This document shows positions 38,903 through 48,408 of a stretch of 64,000 bases of DNA, piece after piece. The translations under genes and the position numbers were made by a program. The stretch's first letter is position 1; each line of letters starts with the position of its first letter. Source of the stretch: an uncultured archaeon (GTDB taxonomy: Archaea; Asgardarchaeota; Thorarchaeia; Thorarchaeales; Thorarchaeaceae). The DNA is taken from NCBI GenBank assembly GCA_964610875.1, contig CAZSWP010000005.1:1-64000 (forward strand). Reading direction: 5' to 3'. The notes under the pieces are model-generated. The model was given only the letters and a program-made list of their open reading frames with translations, searched no databases and was not told where the DNA came from.

Positions 38903-40738
38903 CTATTTCTGTCTCATTAATACATAGCCACCAACAAGGATGACCACTGCAGCACCGACTGCACCAGCAACAATTGCCATTGTGAAGTCGACTGGTTCTT
39001 CAGTAGTCGGACCAGTATCGGTGTCTTGTGTCCTATCAAGACCGTAGAAGTAATTCTCGTTGTAGGTCAGCTCTGTGAACTCACCGGCAACATAGTCACT
39101 ACAGTAGAATGGACCGGATGTAATCATTTCATCTGGATCAGTTGGGTCTGGATTCCAGAGATTCCATCCATCAAGACCAATGTCTGTAAAGATATGCTTT
39201 GGTAGGATTGGTTTGTAAGACACAGTGTGCAGATGCCAGAATGATTCAGAGCTAAATTCAACAACCAATTGATAGGTTGTTGGTGCGAAAGCGGCTGTCA
39301 TATCAGTCAAATCTGCACCGTATGGATTACCAGGAGCATCACGGAAGTAGTTCAATGAGAATGCTACATCTGCAGCGGTAAGTGGTGTTCCATCAGACCA
39401 AGTAGCGTTCTGAACCATATCAAATGTAAATCGGGTGTAACCCTCAGGTACATCATCATTGTCGTCACTGGTTTCAGCAATGTATGACTCAGCAAGCCAC
39501 ATTACATCTGTACCATCTGGGGCAATGCCAAATAAGCCATCCCACATCATGTTGTTCACGTTTGCCGCATATGCAGATGAACTGACCATGAAGTTGAATG
39601 AGTCAATGTCAAGTGGATTGCTCCAGCGGAATGTTCCACCGAATGGACCACCCTCAGACTCCTTCAAGTGAACCTTGTAGTTGGTCCACCAACCTGGTAC
39701 ACCATCACTTACATCGTTAACGTAACCTTCGAACTTATCAGTTCTGTAAGCTGAAAGAAGGACGTTCTCATAACAGATGATCATTGGTGATTGATATATC
39801 CAGACCTTCTGCATCTCGATAGCTGCCTCATATACATCATCATAGTCTGTTGCGTAGAGGAGCTGGTTTCTCCAGGAATCATAAGTGTCGTTTCTGAAGT
39901 TGGGGAAGTTCCAGTAGGGTTCGTCTGCATATTCTGACCAGAATTCATATGCAAGCCAGTCAACATCAAATGAACCGAATGAAGATCCAAGGAATACGAT
40001 ATCGTAGTCTCCGTGGAAGTACAATCTGTTCAGATACTCGTAGAAATCAGTTGGTGTTGAACTTGCATCAATGTGTAATGCATTGAGTGCTTCAGCGACC
40101 TTCTGACCGACTTCAATAGCAATGCTTGACGACTGAGCACATTCTACAAGAATATCGAATGCGTTACCATGTGGATCATTTCTGAATCCAGTAACTTCAT
40201 CAATATCGAAACCACTGTCATTCAACATCTGGTTACCAAGTAGAACATTTGCCTCATAGTAAGTCTCAGTCAACTGTTTCTCAATTGAGAATGGGTTTAC
40301 CTGTGGTACAACGCTGTCCTGTGGGAATGATAGACCATCCCACACGTCGTCTGAGATTGCTTCTTTGTCAACTGCGAATGCAAGTGCACGTCGTAAAACA
40401 GTATAGTTTAACGGGTTTTTGGCTGTGTTAATTGTAACATATCCATAACCATTACGAAGCACATTCGCAACATCAATGTTTTCGGCTTCTTCCAGAGCTG
40501 GTAAGAAGCTTGGATCAACCATATCGCCAATAAGGTCGATCTCATTATTTTGTAGCGCTAGTACTTGCTGATCGTCCTGCGTGATTACGTTGAAGACTAG
40601 TTTGTCAATATATGGACCACTTTTGGAATGACCCGGTAAAGTAGTCTGGGCATTAACAAACATAGGTGAAATAGCCATCAACATAAAAGCAGCAGTTAAC
40701 GATAAGGCAAGTGCTCTTTTAGCACGACTGCTAGCCAT
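38903..40738 (-). CDS. Peptide/nickel ABC transporter substrate-binding protein (family 5), with signal peptide and C-terminal TM anchor
   Basis: LRRALAFAVDK, WSDGTPLTAADVAFS, SGPF; circularly permuted order; C-terminal TM + basic tail. Confidence 0.9.
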   Translation of the reverse strand: MASSRAKRALALSLTAAFMLMAISPMFVNAQTTLPGHSKSGPYIDKLVFNVITQDDQQVLALQNNEIDLIGDMVDPSFLPALEEAENIDVANVLRNGYGYVTINTAKNPLNYTVLRRALAFAVDKEAISDDVWDGLSFPQDSVVPQVNPFSIEKQLTETYYEANVLLGNQMLNDSGFDIDEVTGFRNDPHGNAFDILVECAQSSSIAIEVGQKVAEALNALHIDASSTPTDFYEYLNRLYFHGDYDIVFLGSSFGSFDVDWLAYEFWSEYADEPYWNFPNFRNDTYDSWRNQLLYATDYDDVYEAAIEMQKVWIYQSPMIICYENVLLSAYRTDKFEGYVNDVSDGVPGWWTNYKVHLKESEGGPFGGTFRWSNPLDIDSFNFMVSSSAYAANVNNMMWDGLFGIAPDGTDVMWLAESYIAETSDDNDDVPEGYTRFTFDMVQNATWSDGTPLTAADVAFSLNYFRDAPGNPYGADLTDMTAAFAPTTYQLVVEFSSESFWHLHTVSYKPILPKHIFTDIGLDGWNLWNPDPTDPDEMITSGPFYCSDYVAGEFTELTYNENYFYGLDRTQDTDTGPTTEEPVDFTMAIVAGAVGAAVVILVGGYVLMRQK

Positions 40739-40948
40739 TGTCTCTCTATCTCCTTAATTCCGAGTCGAATCGGATAACAGATAAAAACAATTCCATCATA
40801 AAAGGCTTATGCTGTTTCTCAATACACATTCCTGCATATAGCTTTTGTCAATAGATATTTGAAAAAATGAGAAGTTCGTAATCATTTTCAGAAAGCAGAG
40901 AGAGATGAGTGAGAAGAAAATCCTCCCACTCCATCTATAGTTATATGC

Positions 40949-42520
40949 CTATCTTTCTCTTAATCTTGGGTTTAATACTTGGTCCAGCGTATGACCAACA
41001 AATGTGAATGCAAGCGAGATACTTGTAATCATCAGCCCTGGGAAAACAACTACCCACCAGGCACCATTGCTGAAACCACCTGAACCTTGTGCATCAGCTA
41101 GCATTCTACCCCAGCTTGGAGCGCTCGGATCAGTCAATCCAAGAAATGCAAGCCCTGATTCTGAGAGGATCGCACCTACAACACCTAGTGTGATGTTAGC
41201 AAAGAGGATTGGTGTCACGTTAGGCAAAATGTGTCTGAATATGATATAAGTGTCAGACGCACCAATAGCGCGTGCTGACTCCACGTAAGCCTTGTTCTTC
41301 TCAGCCATCACCTGCGACCGTATCAGTCGCGACGTCCCCGTCCAACCAAGTATTGAAATCACGACGATAATGTTCTCAATGGTCGGTCCGAGGAATGCTG
41401 CCAAGACCATCATAAGCGGTAATCCGGGGATGACAAGCAGGAAGTCTACTACTCGCATGAGGGCTTCATCAATTTTCCCACCGAAGTATCCTGCAACTAG
41501 TCCTACAATAACACCAACCGCTGTAGATAGTCCTGTTGCTACAATACCAATTGTCAGAGATACTTGAGAACCGTAAACGAGTTGACTCCACGCATCTGCA
41601 CCTTTATCTGTAGAACCGAGAAGGCCAAAATAATCACCATAGGCTTTTACTTCAAGTCCGACCAAGGAAACTTTGACAGACCCAGTATATTCTTCCCATG
41701 GATGAGATCCTAGATAATCCTGAAAATAGTTTGTCGGTGCTAGACCTACTGCCATTGTAAGTTCATCCAGTGGATCATCTTGATTACCATCCTCGTCAGC
41801 AACCATTCCACGCCAGCCAGCACGGATATCAAAGTAGTTCAAATCAATCCTACGCGATTGTATCATTTCACTATATGGAGGATAGGACTGATAGACTCTC
41901 TGCCAATTGCCAGATGAATCAATCAGCCAGAGATATAGTTTGAACATAAGGCCCCCCGCTTCACGAGTCTTAAAATCACCAGTAAGATGGGTTGAAAATG
42001 ACAATGTGATGTTCACGTCACTTGGAAGGGCTTCATAAGGCCATTCAAACGTCTGAGTGAGATACACAAAGTCAAGGGTATCAGGCAATTGTCCATCAGG
42101 TTCAGAACGATACGACACACCATCACCCGCGGCATAATCCCATGTTAGATTTGTATGAGTAAGTCCAAAAGTACTATTTTCGTCCCCATGAGAAACAGAA
42201 TATTGTTCAGTATGATTACCAGTAATCGTATAATCAGGTTCAAGAGTGAAATAAGGATTAGGCACAACTTGATTTGTGACTACACCATTAGGGTCGAATA
42301 CAGACATCCATTCAGGGGCGAGAAAACTCGGAGCGACTTTATTGTTTGGTGATGGGTCGTGAGTAGCCAACGTAGGAGCAGTTAGTGCCATTCCAGTATA
42401 GAATAACAGGATTAGAAGACCAATAATCCCAATTTTATGTCTACTGAATTCTTTCCAAAATCCTACAATACTGACATACCAGTTGCTATCACGCCAGGAT
42501 CCATGTTTTACTTGACTCAT
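40949..42520 (-). CDS. DppC/OppC permease with large extracellular insertion (copy 1)
   Basis: LGSTDKG, YVESARAIGAS, HILPN, WWVVVFPG, NPRLR. Confidence 0.9.
   Translation of the reverse strand: MSQVKHGSWRDSNWYVSIVGFWKEFSRHKIGIIGLLILLFYTGMALTAPTLATHDPSPNNKVAPSFLAPEWMSVFDPNGVVTNQVVPNPYFTLEPDYTITGNHTEQYSVSHGDENSTFGLTHTNLTWDYAAGDGVSYRSEPDGQLPDTLDFVYLTQTFEWPYEALPSDVNITLSFSTHLTGDFKTREAGGLMFKLYLWLIDSSGNWQRVYQSYPPYSEMIQSRRIDLNYFDIRAGWRGMVADEDGNQDDPLDELTMAVGLAPTNYFQDYLGSHPWEEYTGSVKVSLVGLEVKAYGDYFGLLGSTDKGADAWSQLVYGSQVSLTIGIVATGLSTAVGVIVGLVAGYFGGKIDEALMRVVDFLLVIPGLPLMMVLAAFLGPTIENIIVVISILGWTGTSRLIRSQVMAEKNKAYVESARAIGASDTYIIFRHILPNVTPILFANITLGVVGAILSESGLAFLGLTDPSAPSWGRMLADAQGSGGFSNGAWWVVVFPGLMITSISLAFTFVGHTLDQVLNPRLRER
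41046..41641. repeat. 596-bp direct repeat, copy A (identical to 44729-45324)
   Basis: Line-by-line comparison found no mismatch; offset 3683. Confidence 0.9.
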
Positions 42521-42661
42521 TGTACTTACCTCTGAAACTATTCTATGGGAACATCAATGGTCCACTTTTTTTTTGGCATTACAAAGGCATGTGCTTCGGA
42601 GCGAAATAATGACTGCTTATCAAGATATCTGAATGTACTGTAAAATTACAGTCCGATATTC

Positions 42662-42696
42662 AAAAAGAAACGAAAGGATGCCCCGGAGGGACATCC
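42662..42696 (-). terminator. Hairpin + U-tract terminator after dppB
   Basis: GGATGTCCC-TCC-GGGGCATCC then tttcgtttcttttt. Confidence 0.65.
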
Positions 42697-42711
42697 ATGT
42701 TTCAACCTTGA

Positions 42712-43761
42712 CTACCCATACTTGATACGCGGATCAAGCACACCATAGAGAAGGTCTGCTATGAAGTTAGCCAAAATGGCTGTAATTGCAATGATCATAA
42801 AGATTGCCTGAACGACTGGATAGTCCAGAATGAATAGGCTATCAAAGATATACCGACCCAGACCATACCAGTTGAACACCGTTTCTGTCAACGTTGCACC
42901 ATTTATCAGGAATCCAAAAGTCATAGCAATGATAGTTACCATTGGCAACATTGCGTTCTTCAGTCCATGCTTGTACAGCACCTGGTTCTCATCAAGACCC
43001 TTTGCTCGTGCTGTGAGGATGTAATCCTCGGTCATCACGTCAATGAGGTTGTTTCTCATATAAAGAAAATATCCTCCATACCCGCCTACTCCAAGCGCAA
43101 TCATCGGCAAGATGAGATGATGGAGGATGTTTCCAGCAAGGACAAGTGCACCAAGTGGGTCATTCTTCACGCTTACCCACACGGAATAATCGATGGTTCC
43201 ACCAAGTGGAAACGAAATGAGATTACCCGTCATTGCAGGTAGATAGAATGCGAATATCATCAAAAGCATCATACCCAACCAGAATATGGGAAGTGCATAG
43301 ATGAAGAGTGCCACCGTGACAGCACTCACGTCTTTTCGAGAACCGGGGTCAGCTGCAACTTTGACACCTGTCCAGATACCGAGAATGATTGAAACAATGG
43401 ATGATGTACCCATTAACAACAGAGTGTTGGGTAATCGTGCCATTATCTCTTCCATTACGGGTTTCTGAGAAACAAATGATATACCAAAGTTTCCTGTGAA
43501 CATGTTGACAACATAGCGCCAGAACATGTAGATCCAGTCAAAGATGTCTGGATCAGGAACGAGTCCAAACCGTAGATACAGTTGTTCAAGAGCATCACGG
43601 GTGAGGTTCCTTCTAAGTTCCTCACTAATCATAAGGTCAACTGGGCTGACACCTAATACAAGCGTTGGGAGTCTGAAGAGAAAGAAGTTGAAACACACTA
43701 CAGCTACCACTAAGAGGAACATGTAGATGCTTCTTCTAATAACGTACTCTCTAAGTCCCAT
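42712..43761 (-). CDS. DppB/OppB permease
   Basis: GNFGISF, RLPNT, PIFWLG, EDYILTARAKGL, ETVFNWYGLG, DYPV, LDPRI. Confidence 0.93.
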   Translation of the reverse strand: MGLREYVIRRSIYMFLLVVAVVCFNFFLFRLPTLVLGVSPVDLMISEELRRNLTRDALEQLYLRFGLVPDPDIFDWIYMFWRYVVNMFTGNFGISFVSQKPVMEEIMARLPNTLLLMGTSSIVSIILGIWTGVKVAADPGSRKDVSAVTVALFIYALPIFWLGMMLLMIFAFYLPAMTGNLISFPLGGTIDYSVWVSVKNDPLGALVLAGNILHHLILPMIALGVGGYGGYFLYMRNNLIDVMTEDYILTARAKGLDENQVLYKHGLKNAMLPMVTIIAMTFGFLINGATLTETVFNWYGLGRYIFDSLFILDYPVVQAIFMIIAITAILANFIADLLYGVLDPRIKYG

Positions 43762-43934
43762 TGTCAGACTCACCACATTTAGTACCTAGTGTCACTAAGT
43801 ACTTTAAGGCTATATAATTCAAAGATTTCTTCCTAATAAGGATAATGTTCAAGGCGTTAATTATTCTAAGAAAAAATTGAGTAAATTTTTAGTTCATAGG
43901 TTCGTGCCTACTTACTCTATAGTGTATGTACCTA

Positions 43935-44330
43935 TGTCAGATTCACATGTCCACGTTCCGAGTCATTAGAGATTGCATGTGCAATGCTGAACTCATCAGC
44001 GTTAATACAAAGTGCACCGTACTCTGGCATCTCTGTCAGATATTGGTCTGGCATATATTCGTTTGTTGCAACACCTTCAGGGTCGAACACAGACATCTAT
44101 GATGGAGCAAGTAAACTGGGTGTAACCCTGATGTTTGGGGGTCGATTATTGGTTGCTACAAATGATGCACCAAATGCCATTCCAAAACAAAAAAAATGAG
44201 AAGTATTAAACCAAACATTCCAATTTTGTGATTACGATGTTGTTTCTAAAAATTGGAGAAACTAACATACCAATTACTTTCACGCCAATTAGATGTTTTT
44301 CCTCTGTTCACAGTCTTTACCTCTGAAAGA
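43935..44330 (-). pseudogene. Decayed 5' fragment of a third dppC copy
   Basis: Similar to 45829-46200 (tgtcagattcac.tgtccacgttc..., actctggcatctctgt..., acaccttcagg.tcgaacac) with indels and stops. Confidence 0.85.
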
Positions 44331-44581
44331 ATTTATGCATTATTAGAAATCATTACTAATCATTCTTTCAGGTAGTAATTGTATCGAATAATAAAAAGGA
44401 TAATTTTCAGAGCATCTTTGTGTCATAGTTATTTGGTAAAATATGACTAATTACAAACTTAGAATTGTTTCCACCATTATCATTTGAACCTAACTATGTC
44501 ATCAAATCAATACATTTACAGTTGGAAGTCATTCAAGATACTGATAAAAAGAAACAAATGCATTATTGCCGAAAAAAGAAC

Positions 44582-44618
44582 AAAAAAGGAGATAGATGGG
44601 TCCCATGGTGGGCCCATC
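44582..44618 (-). terminator. Hairpin + U-tract terminator after dppC copy 2
   Basis: GATGGGCCCA-CCA-TGGGACCCATC then tatctcctttttt. Confidence 0.6.
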
Positions 44619-44631
44619 ATTACTTTGAAAA

Positions 44632-46203
44632 TTACCTCTCGCGTAATCTTGGATTCAGAACCTGGTCCAGCGTATGACCAACAAATGTGAATGCCAATGA
44701 TAGAACGGTAATCATCATTCCTGGAAAGACAACTACCCACCAGGCACCATTGCTGAAACCACCTGAACCTTGTGCATCAGCTAGCATTCTACCCCAGCTT
44801 GGAGCGCTCGGATCAGTCAATCCAAGAAATGCAAGCCCTGATTCTGAGAGGATCGCACCTACAACACCTAGTGTGATGTTAGCAAAGAGGATTGGTGTCA
44901 CGTTAGGCAAAATGTGTCTGAATATGATATAAGTGTCAGACGCACCAATAGCGCGTGCTGACTCCACGTAAGCCTTGTTCTTCTCAGCCATCACCTGCGA
45001 CCGTATCAGTCGCGACGTCCCCGTCCAACCAAGTATTGAAATCACGACGATAATGTTCTCAATGGTCGGTCCGAGGAATGCTGCCAAGACCATCATAAGC
45101 GGTAATCCGGGGATGACAAGCAGGAAGTCTACTACTCGCATGAGGGCTTCATCAATTTTCCCACCGAAGTATCCTGCAACTAGTCCTACAATAACACCAA
45201 CCGCTGTAGATAGTCCTGTTGCTACAATACCAATTGTCAGAGATACTTGAGAACCGTAAACGAGTTGACTCCACGCATCTGCACCTTTATCTGTAGAACC
45301 GAGAAGGCCAAAATAATCACCATAAACCAAAGCACTAACTCTTGTGATTGTAACTGTGACAGAACCTTCCCATTCTGTTTCAGGAGATCCTCCCTGATAG
45401 TTACGGAAGTTGTTTGTTGGAGCCAGTCCAACTCGAACTTTCAGAACATCCTCAGGATCTATTTGATTACCATTCTCATCTTCAATCATCCCTCTCCAAC
45501 CTTCAGCCATATCAAAATAGTTTAAGTCAATTCTTCTTGACTGAGGACTTTCACTGTAAGGAGGATAAGATTGATAGACTTTTTGCCAATCACCAGATGA
45601 ATCATATAACCACATGTATACTTTGAACATCAGTCCTCCTTCTACATTTTCTGCAAAATCACCAGTAAGAGCAGTAGCGAACTCGAGAGTCATGTTGACA
45701 TCACTCGGCATACTCTCATAAGGCCAGTCAAATTGTTGTTCAAAGTAAATGAAATCGTAAGCATCAGGCAAGTTGCCAGTCGGGTCTGGAGGGACTCTCC
45801 AGAACATCTCACCAGGTGAGTGTTCCCATGTCAGATTCACGTGTCCACGTTCTGATTCTTCTGAGAATGCATGTGCAATACTGAACTCATCGGAATTGCT
45901 ACCCAACTTACTGTACTCTGGCATCTCTGTTAAGTATTGGTCTGGCATGTACTCATTTGTAATTACACCTTCAGGATCGAACACACTCATCCATGATGGT
46001 GCTAAGAAACCGGGTGCGACCTTTATATTTGGTGATGGATCATGGGTTGCTAGAAAAGGAGCACCAAACGCCATTCCAACGTAGAAACCCAGCAGTAACA
46101 AGCCGAGTAGTCCAATTTTATGTTTGCGGTATTCTTTCCAGAAACCGGAAAAACTGACATACCAGTTACTGTCTCGCCAACCGCCTTTCTTTTTTTCAGT
46201 CAT
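44632..46203 (-). CDS. DppC/OppC permease with large extracellular insertion (copy 2)
   Basis: Same length (523 aa) and motifs as copy 1. Confidence 0.9.
   Translation of the reverse strand: MTEKKKGGWRDSNWYVSFSGFWKEYRKHKIGLLGLLLLGFYVGMAFGAPFLATHDPSPNIKVAPGFLAPSWMSVFDPEGVITNEYMPDQYLTEMPEYSKLGSNSDEFSIAHAFSEESERGHVNLTWEHSPGEMFWRVPPDPTGNLPDAYDFIYFEQQFDWPYESMPSDVNMTLEFATALTGDFAENVEGGLMFKVYMWLYDSSGDWQKVYQSYPPYSESPQSRRIDLNYFDMAEGWRGMIEDENGNQIDPEDVLKVRVGLAPTNNFRNYQGGSPETEWEGSVTVTITRVSALVYGDYFGLLGSTDKGADAWSQLVYGSQVSLTIGIVATGLSTAVGVIVGLVAGYFGGKIDEALMRVVDFLLVIPGLPLMMVLAAFLGPTIENIIVVISILGWTGTSRLIRSQVMAEKNKAYVESARAIGASDTYIIFRHILPNVTPILFANITLGVVGAILSESGLAFLGLTDPSAPSWGRMLADAQGSGGFSNGAWWVVVFPGMMITVLSLAFTFVGHTLDQVLNPRLRER
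44729..45324. repeat. 596-bp direct repeat, copy B
   Basis: Identical to 41046-41641. Confidence 0.9.
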
Positions 46204-46386
46204 TTTTCGGCCTCCGTATGAGTAAAAAGCTTCTTTATTCCGTTCTTAAAAACGCAACACAGTAAGACTTTTACTCTCTACTATCGTTCTTCCTAAGTAA
46301 GCCCTTGAGTTTGCACTAAAAAGCCTGCCTGTCTATGCGGAATATTCCAAAATAATTTGGAGAAATAAATGAACATTGGTAAATTC

Positions 46387-46695
46387 TCAAGCCTCATCTA
46401 GCTCATCTGTAAAAGGGTCGTAATCATCCTCAGATGCATTTTCGTGTTCCTCATCGCGTTTCTCTCTAGCTTTGAAGATATCTTTTGTTCTTCTTGATGC
46501 CGCCCAAAGATCTGCAAATACCATTCCCACTAGGAAAACTGTAAGTACTCCTGTTAATGCCAATATTGAACCAATAAATTGAAGCGTTGGATGTAACCAA
46601 GCAAGTCCAAGACCTCCAAAAAGTAAGAGAATAGGTATTAGAAGAATTCTTTTTTTGGGTTCATCACGGGTTTTGGGGAATGTTTTAATTTTCAT
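46387..46695 (-). CDS. Small two-TM protein with acidic tail
   Basis: Two TMs and D/E-rich C-terminus. Confidence 0.65.
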   Translation of the reverse strand: MKIKTFPKTRDEPKKRILLIPILLLFGGLGLAWLHPTLQFIGSILALTGVLTVFLVGMVFADLWAASRRTKDIFKAREKRDEEHENASEDDYDPFTDELDEA

Positions 46696-46833
46696 AACAA
46701 AACCACAAATCCATAATCTATGACAAGCCTTTTACTGTTTTCGAAATGAGCGAGCAACAAATAAGGACTCAAGGTACTAACGTTACCATATCACGAGAAA
46801 ACCTTTTGCCACTTCAGGTTTCTAGGAGTAAAG

Positions 46834-48333
46834 GTGCCCAGTGTAATGCTTAGAGTAAAAGCTTTGGATTCAGTGAAAAATAAGGGCATTAAGAGAGATC
46901 ACGAGTATAATCTCTATCTTGTCGATTCCCATCATCATATGGGCAGAGAATCAGGACATCAAAACACACCATCAACTGCATATGAGTTCTACACTTTACT
47001 ATGGTTCGAATTGAAGCGTGCTGCATCAGAGATGAAGAACAATGATAGATTACTATTCAAACCAATAGATGTGCAACCACTTGACTTTGTTTCAGATGTA
47101 TATTCGATAAGAAAGAGTTGGAGATCACTATCCCATGGTTGGTTGGTAGATAGGACTGTTGTATTTCCTTATACTGATGATTACTCCTTACCAACGAAAA
47201 AAGGAAGAGCATCTTTTGAAGTGTCGAATGAAAGGATTTCTGGTTGGACAACTAGGTCACCTCATTCATCGAGATTGATAGGTTTTGGACGTGTGAATCC
47301 ATCAGATGCTGAACAGACATCAATTAAGGTCCCAGTTGGCGAGCTAGATCGTTGCGTAAGCAAACTTGGTTTAAGAGGTTTGAAACTTCATCCTCTCGCA
47401 CAACTTTTTCTGGAAGATATCGAATCCAATCCTACAAAACAAATTGTGAAGAGAGCTGCAACTCATAAGATACCCATAATTTTTGATACACGTAATATCA
47501 AGACTGTGATGAGAATTCATAATTTAGTAAGAGCATTGGAAACTGAAGACAAATCAATTGTAGAAAATCTTAGAATCATTTTAGCTCACTGTGGCATGAG
47601 TCCCGCCGATTCTAGACTATATGATGCTCTTTCACACCCATGCATATTTGCGGACACATCCAGTCTACATGGACAAGATGTGCCTTTATTGTTCGAGAAC
47701 GCATTTCGACGCCTTCCAACGTTTTGGTCAGACAAGCTCCTTTTTGGAACAGATTACAGTTTTCTTACAGTACAAGCAATAGATGTCATTCTCTATCTTC
47801 TATCAAAACAATTTCCTGGAACTCTAATCGAAGCTCAGAAAATTCTTGCAGGGAATATTTTACGTCTAATTGGAAGACCATTTTCACGAAACACGGGGAA
47901 GACTCCACCTCAAAGACTATTGGGACCTTTGGAATGCGGAAGCACAAGAAAGGGGATAGAACAAGAGATTATCAGATTGATAAAAAGCAAGGCATGGTCA
48001 TTGGCGTCTATTGATTTTATGCTACCGCCAAATCATACTTGGCCAGAAATACAACCCATTACAGAGGGAGGAGAAAATGGAATATACAAGAATTCAATGA
48101 TTGTTTCACTAATAGATGAGAACAATGATGAAGTTCAGATCTGGATTCATGAGCTTCCGGATAATCTTATTGGCGTAGTTCTTTCTGGAACTAACAATAT
48201 GTATTGTATTGATACATTGGAGTATTCAAGTCAAGCACTGCAAAAGGTTCTGACACAAGAATTAGTAGCGAAAACAATCTATGTCAAAGATAGTAAATCA
48301 TTGGCGCGAGAGATTTTCCAAAGATTATCATAA
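46834..48333 (+). CDS. Amidohydrolase_2-family TIM barrel with C-terminal extension
   Basis: DSHHH, GLRGLKLHP, ILAHCG, ADTS, LFGTDY. Confidence 0.8.
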   Translation: MPSVMLRVKALDSVKNKGIKRDHEYNLYLVDSHHHMGRESGHQNTPSTAYEFYTLLWFELKRAASEMKNNDRLLFKPIDVQPLDFVSDVYSIRKSWRSLSHGWLVDRTVVFPYTDDYSLPTKKGRASFEVSNERISGWTTRSPHSSRLIGFGRVNPSDAEQTSIKVPVGELDRCVSKLGLRGLKLHPLAQLFLEDIESNPTKQIVKRAATHKIPIIFDTRNIKTVMRIHNLVRALETEDKSIVENLRIILAHCGMSPADSRLYDALSHPCIFADTSSLHGQDVPLLFENAFRRLPTFWSDKLLFGTDYSFLTVQAIDVILYLLSKQFPGTLIEAQKILAGNILRLIGRPFSRNTGKTPPQRLLGPLECGSTRKGIEQEIIRLIKSKAWSLASIDFMLPPNHTWPEIQPITEGGENGIYKNSMIVSLIDENNDEVQIWIHELPDNLIGVVLSGTNNMYCIDTLEYSSQALQKVLTQELVAKTIYVKDSKSLAREIFQRLS

Positions 48334-48408
48334 AGCTTCACTCTTACTATTCTTTATAACATTATAACTCAATTCTATGACAGCTAACTTGAACTGGAGG
48401 AAATTAAA

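Noticed and set aside
41046-45324. Diversity-generating retroelement TR/VR pair
   Set aside because: Copies are identical rather than A-specifically mutated and there is no reverse transcriptase in the window
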